From a virus (taxonomy: Duplodnaviria > Caudoviricetes), in IMG/VR virus record IMGVR_UViG_3300037424_002394, positions 1 through 38,736 of that record: a DNA stretch of 38,736 nucleotides; one strand, given 5' to 3'. Below are positions 7,602-16,912 of the stretch, piece by piece. The notes under the pieces are model-generated. The model was not told the origin of the DNA, ran no database searches, and worked only from the letters and a program-made list of their open reading frames with translations. The stretch's first letter is position 1. Each line of letters begins with the position of its first letter. A program made the position numbers and the translations under genes.

Positions 7602-8995
7602 ATCGGTAATTCCTCCTGTTCCTTTTCGCCTATGTTTGGTTCATATCTTTCCGGGTCTATTTCTTTATACTCACCATTCTTCATATAATATGTAATGAAC
7701 CGACCGCCGCTCTCGCCGTGACGGCTGTTTTTATAACTAATTACAAACAACCCGCCGTCTACTTTCAGTTCATGTCCGCCTATTTTTATTTTTTCTTTTT
7801 CTTCATTAATTGGTTTTGAAACCGAGAACCAAAAATCACAATCTTTTTCAAGAGCTTTGCTCTCGGCTGTTTTGCCTTCATCATTTTCTTGCGAAAGAAC
7901 AATTGTCCGCAGTTTCAATTCATTCGTTAAGCGTTTCAGCATGTGTGATATCTCAGCAACATCAAGGTCTTTACGTCCAACGTGAGTTTGAGTTACCTTA
8001 ACTAATTGAGCATAATCAACCATAATGTTTTTTACATCGTGCTTGCGATTTAAATATCTTATTTTTGATTCCAACTGCTGATCATTTAATATTTCGTCTG
8101 CAATAAAAAACTTTTTACCTTCAAACAATCCAACAGCTTTATCAAATGTTATTATCATTTTTCTTTTGTCATATAAAAGATCGCCGCTATTATTCTTCAT
8201 GCCCGGGTTTCTTAAGTAGTCATAACGTGTCCCGGTTGCAAGAGACAAATTCTTTTTAGCGTATTGATTGAACGGCATTTCGAAAGTAAATAATGCGGTT
8301 GGTTCGCCGTAGGTTTTAAAAAAATCCAACTCGATAGATAAACCCGTTGTTGTTTTTCCGCCCTTCGCCTTTCCTGATACTACAACCATCTCGCCCGGCA
8401 ATACGCCGCCGGTTGCAGCGTTGAATGAAGGAAAATTAGTTGACTTATAAACATGCCTGCTGCCGTCTGTTTGTTCGTGTTGCAAATCTTCATAAATCTT
8501 TTTCAGCTCATCACCGAGATTTTTTTCAGTTTCAAGAAAATTAATTTTATCCGTGATGTGATTTATTTTTGCTTTTGCCGCTTCAACCAATTCAACGGCA
8601 TCTTCTTCGGCATAACATTTTTCAATCGTCTGCACGGAAAAATTTATCAACTGTCGCAGTATCCATTTATCAATAATTATCATTGAGTGATATTCAATGT
8701 TCGCGGCGGTTGAAACATTCTTCGCGAGTTCGCTTATATAAACCGCTATTTCTTGCACATCATTTTTAGGTGACTTTTTTAATTCTTGGTAAACAGAAAC
8801 AGTATCTACCGGCAGATTAGCTCTGAACAACAAACACATCGCTTCAAATACATATCTGTTTTTATTGCTGTAAAAATGTTCCGGCTTTAATAACTCCATA
8901 CCTTTCGGTACCGCTTCGGGTTCAAGCATCATGGCTCCGAGCACAGAGGCTTCAACTTCAACAGCGTTTGGCGGTTGTTTACTAATTTCTTTCAT
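7598..8995 (-). CDS. dnaB: Replicative DnaB-like helicase
   Basis: N-terminal 'PPNAVEVEASVLGAMML', Walker A 'GKAKGGKTT', 'FTFEM', 'MVDYAQL', 'VLSQ' and 'KNSRHG'. Confidence 0.92.
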   Translation of the reverse strand: MKEISKQPPNAVEVEASVLGAMMLEPEAVPKGMELLKPEHFYSNKNRYVFEAMCLLFRANLPVDTVSVYQELKKSPKNDVQEIAVYISELAKNVSTAANIEYHSMIIIDKWILRQLINFSVQTIEKCYAEEDAVELVEAAKAKINHITDKINFLETEKNLGDELKKIYEDLQHEQTDGSRHVYKSTNFPSFNAATGGVLPGEMVVVSGKAKGGKTTTGLSIELDFFKTYGEPTALFTFEMPFNQYAKKNLSLATGTRYDYLRNPGMKNNSGDLLYDKRKMIITFDKAVGLFEGKKFFIADEILNDQQLESKIRYLNRKHDVKNIMVDYAQLVKVTQTHVGRKDLDVAEISHMLKRLTNELKLRTIVLSQENDEGKTAESKALEKDCDFWFSVSKPINEEKEKIKIGGHELKVDGGLFVISYKNSRHGESGGRFITYYMKNGEYKEIDPERYEPNIGEKEQEELPI

Positions 8996-9422
8996 ACATC
9001 CTTCTTAGTGCGCTATATATTAATCTATATTCTTTCTCGGCAGATTTTTGATTTAAATATTCCGGGGACAAACTCCAAATATTTCCCTTCGGCCCTTTAA
9101 TTTGTTTTACCTTTTTGCCATTCCAATAAATTAAACCCCATGCTTGTGGTAATTCATCTGGTTTAATTAAATCGTTTTCGCATAAATAAAATCTATAATC
9201 ACCTATTCCTTTATCTGGCATAAGCCTAAACATTTTCTTTTGATCAGCTAAGAAATCAGACCTTGAAATTTTACATTCAACCAATACGGTATAATCACAT
9301 CTTAACCCAAAAGCGTCCGGAGTTTCTTTTGCTGATGTAACTAATTCAGTAATTACAGCTCCGCATCCACAGCTTTTGTAAAGCCAATTTTCAGCAATCT
9401 TTATCAATTCATTGTGGGTCAT
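8982..9422 (-). CDS. PD-(D/E)XK nuclease-like protein, MmcB-like
   Basis: 'ETPDAFG..TVLVECKISRSDFLAD' and 'PDELPQAWGLI' motifs. Confidence 0.7.
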   Translation of the reverse strand: MTHNELIKIAENWLYKSCGCGAVITELVTSAKETPDAFGLRCDYTVLVECKISRSDFLADQKKMFRLMPDKGIGDYRFYLCENDLIKPDELPQAWGLIYWNGKKVKQIKGPKGNIWSLSPEYLNQKSAEKEYRLIYSALRRMYERN

Positions 9423-10363
9423 GCCTCTACCCCTATACGTTTTGTTTGATGTTCCTCAACTACGCTGCGCTGCTTATCTGCAGCCTCCGGAAACTCATTG
9501 TACCGCCGGTCCCTAAGCCAGTTATGCGCAAAGGGTATATATCTGCCGTTTTCTTTTCCCCACTCTTCACAAAGCTTAAACGCTTGCAGAGATTCATAAA
9601 TTTTAGCTAAAATGTACGGCTTAGCGTCAATCCCTTGGTTCAGCCACTCCAGCCATGCGGTGTATTCCTTTTCCTTTTTTGGATATTCCTCTAAAAAAAG
9701 TTTAAATGTTCCACTTCGAAATCCGTCATCCTCAGCAATTGCATTTCTTTGCGATTGTCCTGGAACTAATTCCAAATGTTTTCCGCGCGCGCCTGGTGTG
9801 TCTCTTCTGTGTCTATCCTGTGTCTTTAAAGCTTTATTTAAACGATTCTCAAAAGTAGCACTCCGACTCCCACTTTTGGGTAGTCCGACTCCCGTTTTTG
9901 GGTAGTCCGACTCCAATTTTTGAGAATCAGAATTCGGCTCATTATCAAAGCTTTCTTGTTTGGACTCCAATTTTTGAGAATCAATTTTTGAGTTGTTTTC
10001 GTGTTTTCCTTTTTCCAGACTCTCATTTTGATCGGCGGCTTTCTTAAGATATTCCAACATAGTGGGTCCGTAAGTGTACCACTTAGTGGTATCGTTCGCG
10101 TCCTCATTATAGTTGCCGGTTAAAATCCAACCGTCGGTTTCAAGCTGCTTCATCCATCTGTAAACAGACTTAACAGATTTGAAAAAAGGAAACTTTTCAA
10201 GAAAAGCTTTTGCGGTATCATAAAACCAATACTTGCCGTCGTGGAAATTTTGATTTGTATTTTTGTTATGTTCAACAAAATAAAATATTCTCTGCAGCAA
10301 AATCGCTTTTTCGATTCCCACTTTCCCGGCTAAATCATTATTAAAAATTGTGCTATCGTTCAA
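9419..10363 (-). CDS. Phage replication initiator
   Basis: N-terminal winged helix ('AGKVGIEKAILL..HDGKYWFY'), iteron-bearing linker and C-terminal 'YPKK..GRYIPFAHNWLRDRRY'; upstream of the helicase. Confidence 0.85.
   Translation of the reverse strand: MNDSTIFNNDLAGKVGIEKAILLQRIFYFVEHNKNTNQNFHDGKYWFYDTAKAFLEKFPFFKSVKSVYRWMKQLETDGWILTGNYNEDANDTTKWYTYGPTMLEYLKKAADQNESLEKGKHENNSKIDSQKLESKQESFDNEPNSDSQKLESDYPKTGVGLPKSGSRSATFENRLNKALKTQDRHRRDTPGARGKHLELVPGQSQRNAIAEDDGFRSGTFKLFLEEYPKKEKEYTAWLEWLNQGIDAKPYILAKIYESLQAFKLCEEWGKENGRYIPFAHNWLRDRRYNEFPEAADKQRSVVEEHQTKRIGVEA
9862..9983. repeat. Replication origin iterons (22-bp tandem repeats)
   Basis: TCCGACTCCCACTTTTGGGTAG (9862), TCCGACTCCCGTTTTTGGGTAG (9884), TCCGACTCCAATTTTTGAGAAT (9906) and GACTCCAATTTTTGAGAATCA (9963) inside the initiator gene, as in lambda O. 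Confidence 0.8.
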
Positions 10364-10368
10364 AATAA

Positions 10369-10767
10369 TTACCGTTTATAGTTATTTGAAAAATTGGTTA
10401 GTGTTGAAATACAACTGTCTTTTTTTTGGATGAGCTCCTGCAGCATAACATCACAAATTCTTATACCCATTTCTTTGTTAAGCTTCACAAAGTCAGTTAC
10501 ATTAATTTCTATCGATGGTTCAGTTTTTAATTCCGGATCGAGTGGACGTCCGGTCATCATCATATTTTGAAATAAAGTAAATGGGTTAAGCGTTCTTATA
10601 AGTTTTTCCTTCTCATCTTTCTCTAAGTCAATTCTCATCATTATTGAAGGGCATAATTCGGTTTCACTGTATAAGCGTTCTTTTATTCTTAAAAGAACTT
10701 CAATTTGTTTTTCTATCTGCGGAAGCGAATCGACAGCCTCTTTATATTTTTCTAATTTTGAGTTCAT
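10369..10767 (-). CDS. Hypothetical protein
   Basis: 132-aa ORF in the operon. Confidence 0.6.
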   Translation of the reverse strand: MNSKLEKYKEAVDSLPQIEKQIEVLLRIKERLYSETELCPSIMMRIDLEKDEKEKLIRTLNPFTLFQNMMMTGRPLDPELKTEPSIEINVTDFVKLNKEMGIRICDVMLQELIQKKDSCISTLTNFSNNYKR

Positions 10768-10772
10768 ATTTT

Positions 10773-12623
10773 TTAGCAGTATTGTTCTAAAATTTTGTCT
10801 GTTTCTTTTTTGATGTGATTAATTGCTGTTATTACTTCCGCCGGTATAAAAGCCTCGTTAAAATCTTCGGCGTCCAACTCATCGTTTAAGTTATCAAGAG
10901 CGTTTAGTACGGCAAGTTTAAGTGTACGGGCTTTAGGTAAGATGAATTCTCTGTTAATATTTTCTTCAGCGTCTTCATCTTCTTTGTAAGGAAGCTGCAG
11001 TTTTATTGTTGTGGAAAACGAATCAACAAAATCACGGGTAAATATCATAACCATGACTACATCTTCGCTTTTCTTTTGGTATGCAGCTCTAACCGTTTCA
11101 CCAACATTTATTCTGCCTAATTCAAGCGCGCCGGAGATGTATTTACTTTTTATTTTATTTACGTCAACGCCGAGTTTTGATACTATGAAATTGTACTCAT
11201 CATCTTCGGCTTGTGATAACAAAAGCACACGTACAATAACCTGTGTAAGTTGTACACGGTTTAGTTTAATTAATTCGGAATACCAGATGTTGAACCATTG
11301 ACTTGATTTTTTATTTACATCGTCAAGCGTTATGTTTAGTTCAAAGGCATCTATTATTTGTTCCCTCATTGTTTCTGTGTTGATGGTTACATAATTATTG
11401 AGAATGAAAACAGAGGCAACTATAGCAAGTTCATTGTTCTCAAATTCTTCAACCTCAGTAATTGCCGTGTTGTAAATTTCAGAAGCAGCCGCTTCATCAA
11501 TAGGGGTAAAGTATTCTTCTACTTTGTTTTTTTCTTCAGTAAGTTTTTCCCATGAATCCGGAAATAATTCGTTATTATCAACAGCTTTATCCTTAAGCTC
11601 AGGCAAATCTTTATCAAGTATTATATCAACAATTTGCCCGGCTTTTTGGTTGGCGTCAACATAGATCCCTTTTTTCTTCAGCTTTTTATATGGCTTATGT
11701 ATGCCGGTGTCGTAGACCTCAAAATCGGTGTGCTCACTAAGCGTGTCTTTCTCAAACTGGGGTAAAGCTTTATTAAAGGAATAACTTTTCAGCAGATAAA
11801 GTTCTTCGCCTTTCTCCCGGTGTTTTTCTATTTCAAAATAAATGAACGCCGTTAATTTATCGCTGAAACAAGCCTTATCGGTGCACCTGTCATCCTCAGC
11901 GTATTCCGGAAACAGATGTTCGTTATACCCGGTGCGTTTTGGGCAGTCAACGCAGCTGCCGGCTTTGGTTAGTTGTTTGTCCTTAAGGCTCCACGGAACA
12001 TTTTGCAGCGCAAGCATATAGTTGCTTTCTATATGTTCCTTCAGTTCGGTAATGGATTTTTGGCTTCCGTTGTAGGTGTTCATCAAAAATTTTAATAACG
12101 GTTTCTGCTGCACCGGTTCGTGCCGCGCAAGTATAAGCGCATGACCGAGAAATATTTTATTTTCAAGTAAAGCGGTTTTTGCTTCTTCAATAAGATCGTT
12201 TAGTTTAATACGTTGATAAACATAATTCAGATTCTTCCCAAGCTTTGCCGCTACGAGCCCAGCATCGTACTTGCCGGTATCCAACAGCTTCTTAAAACTT
12301 TCCGCCTCTTTAAGCGGGTGTATGCCTTTGCGCTGTAAGTTTTCAATCAACTGTATTTCTAATACCGCGTTATCATCAAGCTGGCGAATTATAGACGGAA
12401 TTTCTTCAAGGTTGGAATAAAGCGCCGCCCGGTATCTTCTTTCTCCGAATATTATTTTGTACTTGTCTTCAAACTTACGTACCGATATCGCCTGCAGTAT
12501 TCCGTGAATAGCAACCGAATCGGCAAGTTCAAAAAATTCCGGAGAGTTAACATCTACCTCACCGCGCGGGTTGTTTTCATCCGGGATTATTTGATCAATT
12601 GGTATTTGTTTTAATCTTTCCAC
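10773..12623 (-). CDS. ParB/Spo0J-domain protein with Cys-rich motif and long C-terminal extension
   Basis: 'PDENNPR', 'GILQAISVR..YKIIFGERRYRA', 'LIENLQRKGIHPLKEAESF', an HTH and 'CVDCPKRT..CTDKACF'. Confidence 0.88.
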   Translation of the reverse strand: MERLKQIPIDQIIPDENNPRGEVDVNSPEFFELADSVAIHGILQAISVRKFEDKYKIIFGERRYRAALYSNLEEIPSIIRQLDDNAVLEIQLIENLQRKGIHPLKEAESFKKLLDTGKYDAGLVAAKLGKNLNYVYQRIKLNDLIEEAKTALLENKIFLGHALILARHEPVQQKPLLKFLMNTYNGSQKSITELKEHIESNYMLALQNVPWSLKDKQLTKAGSCVDCPKRTGYNEHLFPEYAEDDRCTDKACFSDKLTAFIYFEIEKHREKGEELYLLKSYSFNKALPQFEKDTLSEHTDFEVYDTGIHKPYKKLKKKGIYVDANQKAGQIVDIILDKDLPELKDKAVDNNELFPDSWEKLTEEKNKVEEYFTPIDEAAASEIYNTAITEVEEFENNELAIVASVFILNNYVTINTETMREQIIDAFELNITLDDVNKKSSQWFNIWYSELIKLNRVQLTQVIVRVLLLSQAEDDEYNFIVSKLGVDVNKIKSKYISGALELGRINVGETVRAAYQKKSEDVVMVMIFTRDFVDSFSTTIKLQLPYKEDEDAEENINREFILPKARTLKLAVLNALDNLNDELDAEDFNEAFIPAEVITAINHIKKETDKILEQYC

Positions 12624-12643
12624 CAGTCACCTCTTTTTTTTTG

Positions 12644-12949
12644 TTATTTAATTTCCTCAAGCTTATCAACTGCAAGTTTTATTAATAATTCGATCATCTC
12701 TATGTTTTTTACGAAGCGATGAATTTCAAACTTTACAAACGATAACTGCCGCTCCGAATTGTATGTGTAGATAAATTTTATATTCCTGATAGATTCGCCT
12801 ACTAAGTGAGAGCTTTCAATCTCATGCTGCCTTCTTTGCTGTAAATCAATAACTTTATTATTGAACTGCGCCGGAAGCTGTGCAAGTATCTTACGAGCAT
12901 TGCCTATCGTTTCCGTGTAATAAATCAGTTGTATTTTTGTTTTATCCAT
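12644..12949 (-). CDS. Hypothetical protein
   Basis: 101-aa ORF in the operon. Confidence 0.55.
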   Translation of the reverse strand: MDKTKIQLIYYTETIGNARKILAQLPAQFNNKVIDLQQRRQHEIESSHLVGESIRNIKFIYTYNSERQLSFVKFEIHRFVKNIEMIELLIKLAVDKLEEIK

Positions 12950-12955
12950 TTTTAA

Positions 12956-13186
12956 TTATCCCGCCTGCCTGCCGGTAGGCAGGTTGCCGAAATTGAAAAC
13001 AAGTTCTTTGAATAATTCTTGAAATTTATCTTCTGTTAATCTGCCAATTACTAACGATGTGTTTTCACTTTCAATAATAAATTTCCGGAGAGAAATCTCG
13101 TCGGTGTTATCAACGCACCTGGTAACAACTTCAAAAAAACAATTCGGCATTGTTACTGTCGCAAAAGCTTTGTCTTTATGTATCAT
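12956..13186 (-). CDS. Hypothetical protein; C-terminus encoded by a palindromic repeat
   Basis: 76 aa; the terminal LPTGRQAG is read from the 12964-12983 palindrome. Confidence 0.55.
   Translation of the reverse strand: MIHKDKAFATVTMPNCFFEVVTRCVDNTDEISLRKFIIESENTSLVIGRLTEDKFQELFKELVFNFGNLPTGRQAG
12964..12983. repeat. REP-like palindrome CCTGCCTGCCGGTAGGCAGG
   Basis: 20-bp near-perfect palindrome with one mismatch, GC-rich within AT-rich sequence. Confidence 0.7.
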
Positions 13187-13189
13187 TAG

Positions 13190-14203
13190 TTACTCCATTG
13201 GGAATTCTTTATATTGAACGCCGTCTAATAACGCTCCGGCTTTCTTTTTGCCGACTCTCATAAAATGATATTCATCTTTAGTAATGAATAAAGACTTACC
13301 CGGCAATAGTATTGGTTTAAATTCTCCCCATTGCTTAAAGAAGAAAGGCACATCCGCAGCCTTACATTGATCCCTTAATGATCTTACCCAATCCGGATGC
13401 ATTGGCCGTATGTCTTTAGCTTTCCCGCTTTCCCCGCCGGCTATTACCCAGTCTATCCCGCCCCGGGATAATGACAGAGGTTCATTTCTTCCTTCAAAGG
13501 TCCACTCCCCAGCTAAAGGAAAAAGTAAGGCATGGCCATCTTCATCACTTATATCTATTTGCATTAGGTCAACCGGACCCAATAAAGGCTCACAGCTTAC
13601 AAATTTTGTTGCTGCCGGTATTTTGCAAAGCGTTGGTATTCTTTCATCTGCAGCTTTCTGATCCTCAACAGAAACACCCAGCCATACGTTTGATAACGGC
13701 CATTCCCTTTCATCATCAATTGCAAGACACAAAGGATAATCCCCCGGCCAGTTTTCGATTACTTTATAAATTTCTTCTGTTAAAAACTTTAAAGCCCGCT
13801 CAGGTCGTTTGGTAAGTATTTGATAGGTATGATTTTTCTCAGCATCATCCATATAACATTCGGGCTCATCATGGTAACAATCTTTCTTCCTGCACACAAG
13901 CGGTAACGCTGCCATTATGTTAAACACGTCTGCAATAAATTCCGCCGGTACATCCTCATGAAAAAGATCGCTCATTGAGTTAACAAAAAACATTGAAGGC
14001 GTTTTTACCTTAAGCGTATCCATCAAACTTTCATGGTGACAAACAACATTATTAAACGGTTCGCTATATTTGCTTACTCCCATTGCCGTCAATCTTTTGT
14101 GCATGGTTTCGGCATAGCAGTGCTTACATCCTTGCGATACCTTGCTGCACCCCGTAACCGGGTTCCATGTTCTTTCGGTCCATTCTATTTTTGAATTGCT
14201 CAT
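13190..14203 (-). CDS. Phage Gp37/Gp68 family (DUF5131) protein
   Basis: 'SKIEWTERTWNPVTGCSKVSQGCKHCYA' (CxxxxxxCxxC), 'FVNSMSDLFHE', 'QILTKRPER', 'SCEPLLGP', 'WVIAGGESG' and 'FFFKQWG'. Confidence 0.93.
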   Translation of the reverse strand: MSNSKIEWTERTWNPVTGCSKVSQGCKHCYAETMHKRLTAMGVSKYSEPFNNVVCHHESLMDTLKVKTPSMFFVNSMSDLFHEDVPAEFIADVFNIMAALPLVCRKKDCYHDEPECYMDDAEKNHTYQILTKRPERALKFLTEEIYKVIENWPGDYPLCLAIDDEREWPLSNVWLGVSVEDQKAADERIPTLCKIPAATKFVSCEPLLGPVDLMQIDISDEDGHALLFPLAGEWTFEGRNEPLSLSRGGIDWVIAGGESGKAKDIRPMHPDWVRSLRDQCKAADVPFFFKQWGEFKPILLPGKSLFITKDEYHFMRVGKKKAGALLDGVQYKEFPME

Positions 14204-14221
14204 GTTAAATCCAAAATTTTA

Positions 14222-14434
14222 TTAAGGGATAGGTGATTTGATCTTGAAAGCGACCCCATCGTATCCTTCAGTCACTTTATCAAAAAGATTTACAATAAAC
14301 TGTTCATATGTATAGCCAAATGCCTTTGCCTGTTCTGCATAAAGTTGATATTTCCCGTTAAATGTTGTTTTTGCAAATGAATCTATTTTCTCATTTTGAA
14401 GCTTTTGTTCGTCAGTCAATTTATCATCAGCCAT
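14222..14434 (-). CDS. Stand-alone paralogue of the capsid N-terminal (scaffold/delta-like) segment
   Basis: 27 of 53 aligned columns identical to residues 265-317 of ORF 34961-37015 (hand alignment). AGAGAGG RBS. Confidence 0.8.
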   Translation of the reverse strand: MADDKLTDEQKLQNEKIDSFAKTTFNGKYQLYAEQAKAFGYTYEQFIVNLFDKVTEGYDGVAFKIKSPIP

Positions 14435-14678
14435 ATATAACCTCTCTCTTTTCTATAAATTCTCGCAAGTGATAATGCCGGATTAACTTTACATCCTTCA
14501 ATTTTCCCATTACCTTTTTCTTCTCAACTACAAAAGGAATATCTTTGCCGAGTAATACTTCCTCAAAATCTGTACGGCTCATCCTCAGCAAGCGCGAAGC
14601 ATCTTCTATGCTGAACAGGTAACTATCACAGTTCATAAGCTCCACATGCCGCTTGGATATTTGCCGTTGCTTTGCCAT
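14427..14678 (-). CDS. Excisionase-like HTH protein
   Basis: 'LFSIEDASRLLRMSR...IPFV...LIRHYHLREFIE' fits the HTH_17/Xis pattern. Confidence 0.6.
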   Translation of the reverse strand: MAKQRQISKRHVELMNCDSYLFSIEDASRLLRMSRTDFEEVLLGKDIPFVVEKKKVMGKLKDVKLIRHYHLREFIEKREVIYG

Positions 14679-14680
14679 CT

Positions 14681-15385
14681 TTATAAAAATCTCACCGGTT
14701 TTTTTGAGTTTTTGTTATATATCTCTTGAAAAATGTTTATGTATTCCTCTTGCGAGAAACAACGGACTAATAGTTTTGGATTCTTTTCGATTTGATCGAA
14801 TAATTGTTTTTTATTAAAATCATTTATTCGTAAGATGTGTCGAAGGGCCTTTAAAAATTCACGCCGTCTCCAATGTTTAAAACTATACCGGTTGTTAAAT
14901 TCCAACGCGAATTCTAAAACATTTATAACACCGCCTAAATCCATAAATTTAAATTCACCTGTATTAATTGCTTTATGAATCTTATCCCTCCCTTCTATTG
15001 CGGCAATAACCCCGGCACTTATTGTATATTTAAGCGATAGGTGTAAGAGCTCTCTATAATTTTTTTTGTCTTCAGTTGAATAAAACAAAACATAGTCATC
15101 TAACTTCCAATGACTTTGAAAGTTGTTTGTTTCGGCAACCCGGTCAATTCCGTATTCATCATCAGCAATCACAAAACTTATTTCAGCATTTACATCTTTA
15201 GCCGCTTGAAACCGATGCTGGCCGTCGAGGATTACATAATCTTTATCAACCACAATTGGAAATAGATGCAGTAAATTATTTTTTTCAATCGCTCCGGATA
15301 ATCTTTGAACCTTTGCAAAGTCAAGCTTTCTGTTTTTCCGGTGCAGACTAAATTTTTTGTATTCTGTAGTTTTTTGTATTATCAT
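14681..15385 (-). CDS. ParB/sulfiredoxin N-terminal domain protein
   Basis: 'NR..KVQRL...PIVVDKDYVILDGQHRFQAAK' and 'W..DDYV' motifs. Confidence 0.8.
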   Translation of the reverse strand: MIIQKTTEYKKFSLHRKNRKLDFAKVQRLSGAIEKNNLLHLFPIVVDKDYVILDGQHRFQAAKDVNAEISFVIADDEYGIDRVAETNNFQSHWKLDDYVLFYSTEDKKNYRELLHLSLKYTISAGVIAAIEGRDKIHKAINTGEFKFMDLGGVINVLEFALEFNNRYSFKHWRRREFLKALRHILRINDFNKKQLFDQIEKNPKLLVRCFSQEEYINIFQEIYNKNSKKPVRFL

Positions 15386-15408
15386 TTTTTCCTCTTAAAA
15401 AAGTTTTA

Positions 15409-15603
15409 TCATAAACCCGAAAAAATAATTGCTATAAACGCCGCCGCGATGAGCAGCATAAAAAACATTGTTCTGAATAAACCAATAGCGCCCAACCTCT
15501 GCTGGCAATCTTCATAAAGTTTGCAGTTCACACAATCATCCGAGTGTGTAACTGTCTTATCCAACTCCCAGCAGTGGAACGGTTGTTTAGTTATTGATTT
15601 CAT
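15409..15603 (-). CDS. Small Cys-rich membrane protein
   Basis: C-x(12)-CxxC-x(5)-C followed by a C-terminal transmembrane helix. Confidence 0.5.
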   Translation of the reverse strand: MKSITKQPFHCWELDKTVTHSDDCVNCKLYEDCQQRLGAIGLFRTMFFMLLIAAAFIAIIFSGL

Positions 15604-16063
15604 TAAAGATCATTCCGTGGTTAAGTAGGTTAACTATGTTGTCCATACTTCTTTCAACCTTCGCCATTCTTTCTTCATTTTGTTTTTTACTTGCAAGCCG
15701 CAGACGTTCTACTACAGTTATTAGCTTACACTTTTCACGTTCGGTTAAAACGTTATCGGAGATCGCCTGTAATACTTCATCGTAAAATTGTTCAAGGTTC
15801 ATTTCGGAAGTTTTATTATTAAGCAGATGCCCGGCTGCTTTAAGCAAAGCTGCACACTCTTTACTGTCATCAAGTATTAATTCAATTCCTTGTATCATAA
15901 AAAATTTTTGCGCCCCTTCCTTGATGTCATCCCTAAGCTGCCTGGAGTTGTTTAATTGATAGCTCAAAGTTTTCTCCGAGATTGCTAAATAGTTCGCGAG
16001 ATGTTTTTGATTAACCCCGCTTACCATTAAATTTGTTTTTATTTTATCCGCCGCCGCGCACAT
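15587..16063 (-). CDS. CII-like HTH regulator
   Basis: 'NQKHLANYLAISEKTLSYQLN' HTH; C-terminal 'QAISDNVLTERE' resembles CII/YmfL-like proteins; downstream of the cro region. Confidence 0.55.
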   Translation of the reverse strand: MCAAADKIKTNLMVSGVNQKHLANYLAISEKTLSYQLNNSRQLRDDIKEGAQKFFMIQGIELILDDSKECAALLKAAGHLLNNKTSEMNLEQFYDEVLQAISDNVLTEREKCKLITVVERLRLASKKQNEERMAKVERSMDNIVNLLNHGMIFNEINN

Positions 16064-16075
16064 ATAAACCTCCTA

Positions 16076-16104
16076 CATCCCCGCATGTTTTTGGCGGGGA
16101 TCCA
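16076..16104. repeat. REP-like palindrome, family CATYCCCGC..GCGGGRATCCA, copy 1
   Basis: CATCCCCGCATGTTTTTGGCGGGGATCCA; related copies at 27886 and 33643. Confidence 0.75.
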
Positions 16105-16108
16105 TTGT

Positions 16109-16300
16109 TTATTTCCAGTAAAAAGTTTCGTTTGGTTCAAGGATATTTCTTGACCTCAAATAATCACTCACTGCATCAAGCAGTAAAATTTTTTCTATAT
16201 GGTCTTCCGGGTTAAGGCTGCCCTCATGAGCTAATTGAACAGCTTCTTTAAATTCGGCGGCTAAATACTCGCGTGTTTTTTCTTTTATATCTTCAGCCAT
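16109..16300 (-). CDS. Hypothetical protein
   Basis: 63 aa with a GAGGA RBS. Confidence 0.6.
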   Translation of the reverse strand: MAEDIKEKTREYLAAEFKEAVQLAHEGSLNPEDHIEKILLLDAVSDYLRSRNILEPNETFYWK

Positions 16301-16313
16301 TTTTATCCTCAGT

Positions 16314-16532
16314 TTAATTAGTTTCGGAAATCAATTTTTCCGTAGTTGCCTTCAAAATATTTATTCCGCTGTCCCGTGAAAGATTTGTTGAGTAATAAAC
16401 TTTTGTGTAATCCGGCGGCAGCGAATAAACAACAGCAACCCCCGCCCTTTGCCCGGGGCAAAACATGTTGGAAATTAATTTCTCAACTTCCTTCCTTACA
16501 TTTGCTGCTTGTTTTATTTCTTCGCTGTTCAT
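16314..16532 (-). CDS. Hypothetical protein
   Basis: 72 aa with an AAGG RBS. Confidence 0.55.
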   Translation of the reverse strand: MNSEEIKQAANVRKEVEKLISNMFCPGQRAGVAVVYSLPPDYTKVYYSTNLSRDSGINILKATTEKLISETN

Positions 16533-16543
16533 CGCCGCCTTAT

Positions 16544-16910
16544 TATTCTTAACTTTTTAGATTATCCCGCGTAGATTCCCCGCTTTCTCCAAGCGCTTCG
16601 GATTCGTTTGTGTTTATATTACTTCCGGGTTTTTTAAGAGATTCGGAGTTTAATACATCATGTATAACAGCAAGCCGCGCAGGCTTATTGCCGTTAAAGG
16701 CGTCGTAGATTACAGAGTTGCTGCAGTTAAATTTTTTCATCAGCTCTTTAACGTAATTTTTACGCCCGAAAGCGATAATTGCACGCAGTCTCTCTTCTTC
16801 CGCGTTAAGAAGTTTGCCGCGCTCTACATATTGCTTAATAAGTTCTGTGTTGTTAAATTGTACGTTCATATCATTCTTTGGTTTTTATAATTTTTTGCGA
16901 GGAATTGACG
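16544..16910. repeat. 367-bp direct repeat, copy 1
   Basis: About 24 substitutions and no indels versus 17421-17787 (hand count, ~93% identity). Confidence 0.95.
16549..16869 (-). CDS. Cro-like HTH protein, copy 1
   Basis: 'YVKELMKKFNCSNSVIYDAFNG' HTH-like segment; near-identical to 17426-17746. Confidence 0.6.
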   Translation of the reverse strand: MNVQFNNTELIKQYVERGKLLNAEEERLRAIIAFGRKNYVKELMKKFNCSNSVIYDAFNGNKPARLAVIHDVLNSESLKKPGSNINTNESEALGESGESTRDNLKS

Positions 16911-16912
16911 TA

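Noticed and set aside
9862-9983. CRISPR array
   Set aside because: The repeats are contiguous without unique spacers and lie inside the initiator ORF; no cas genes are present.
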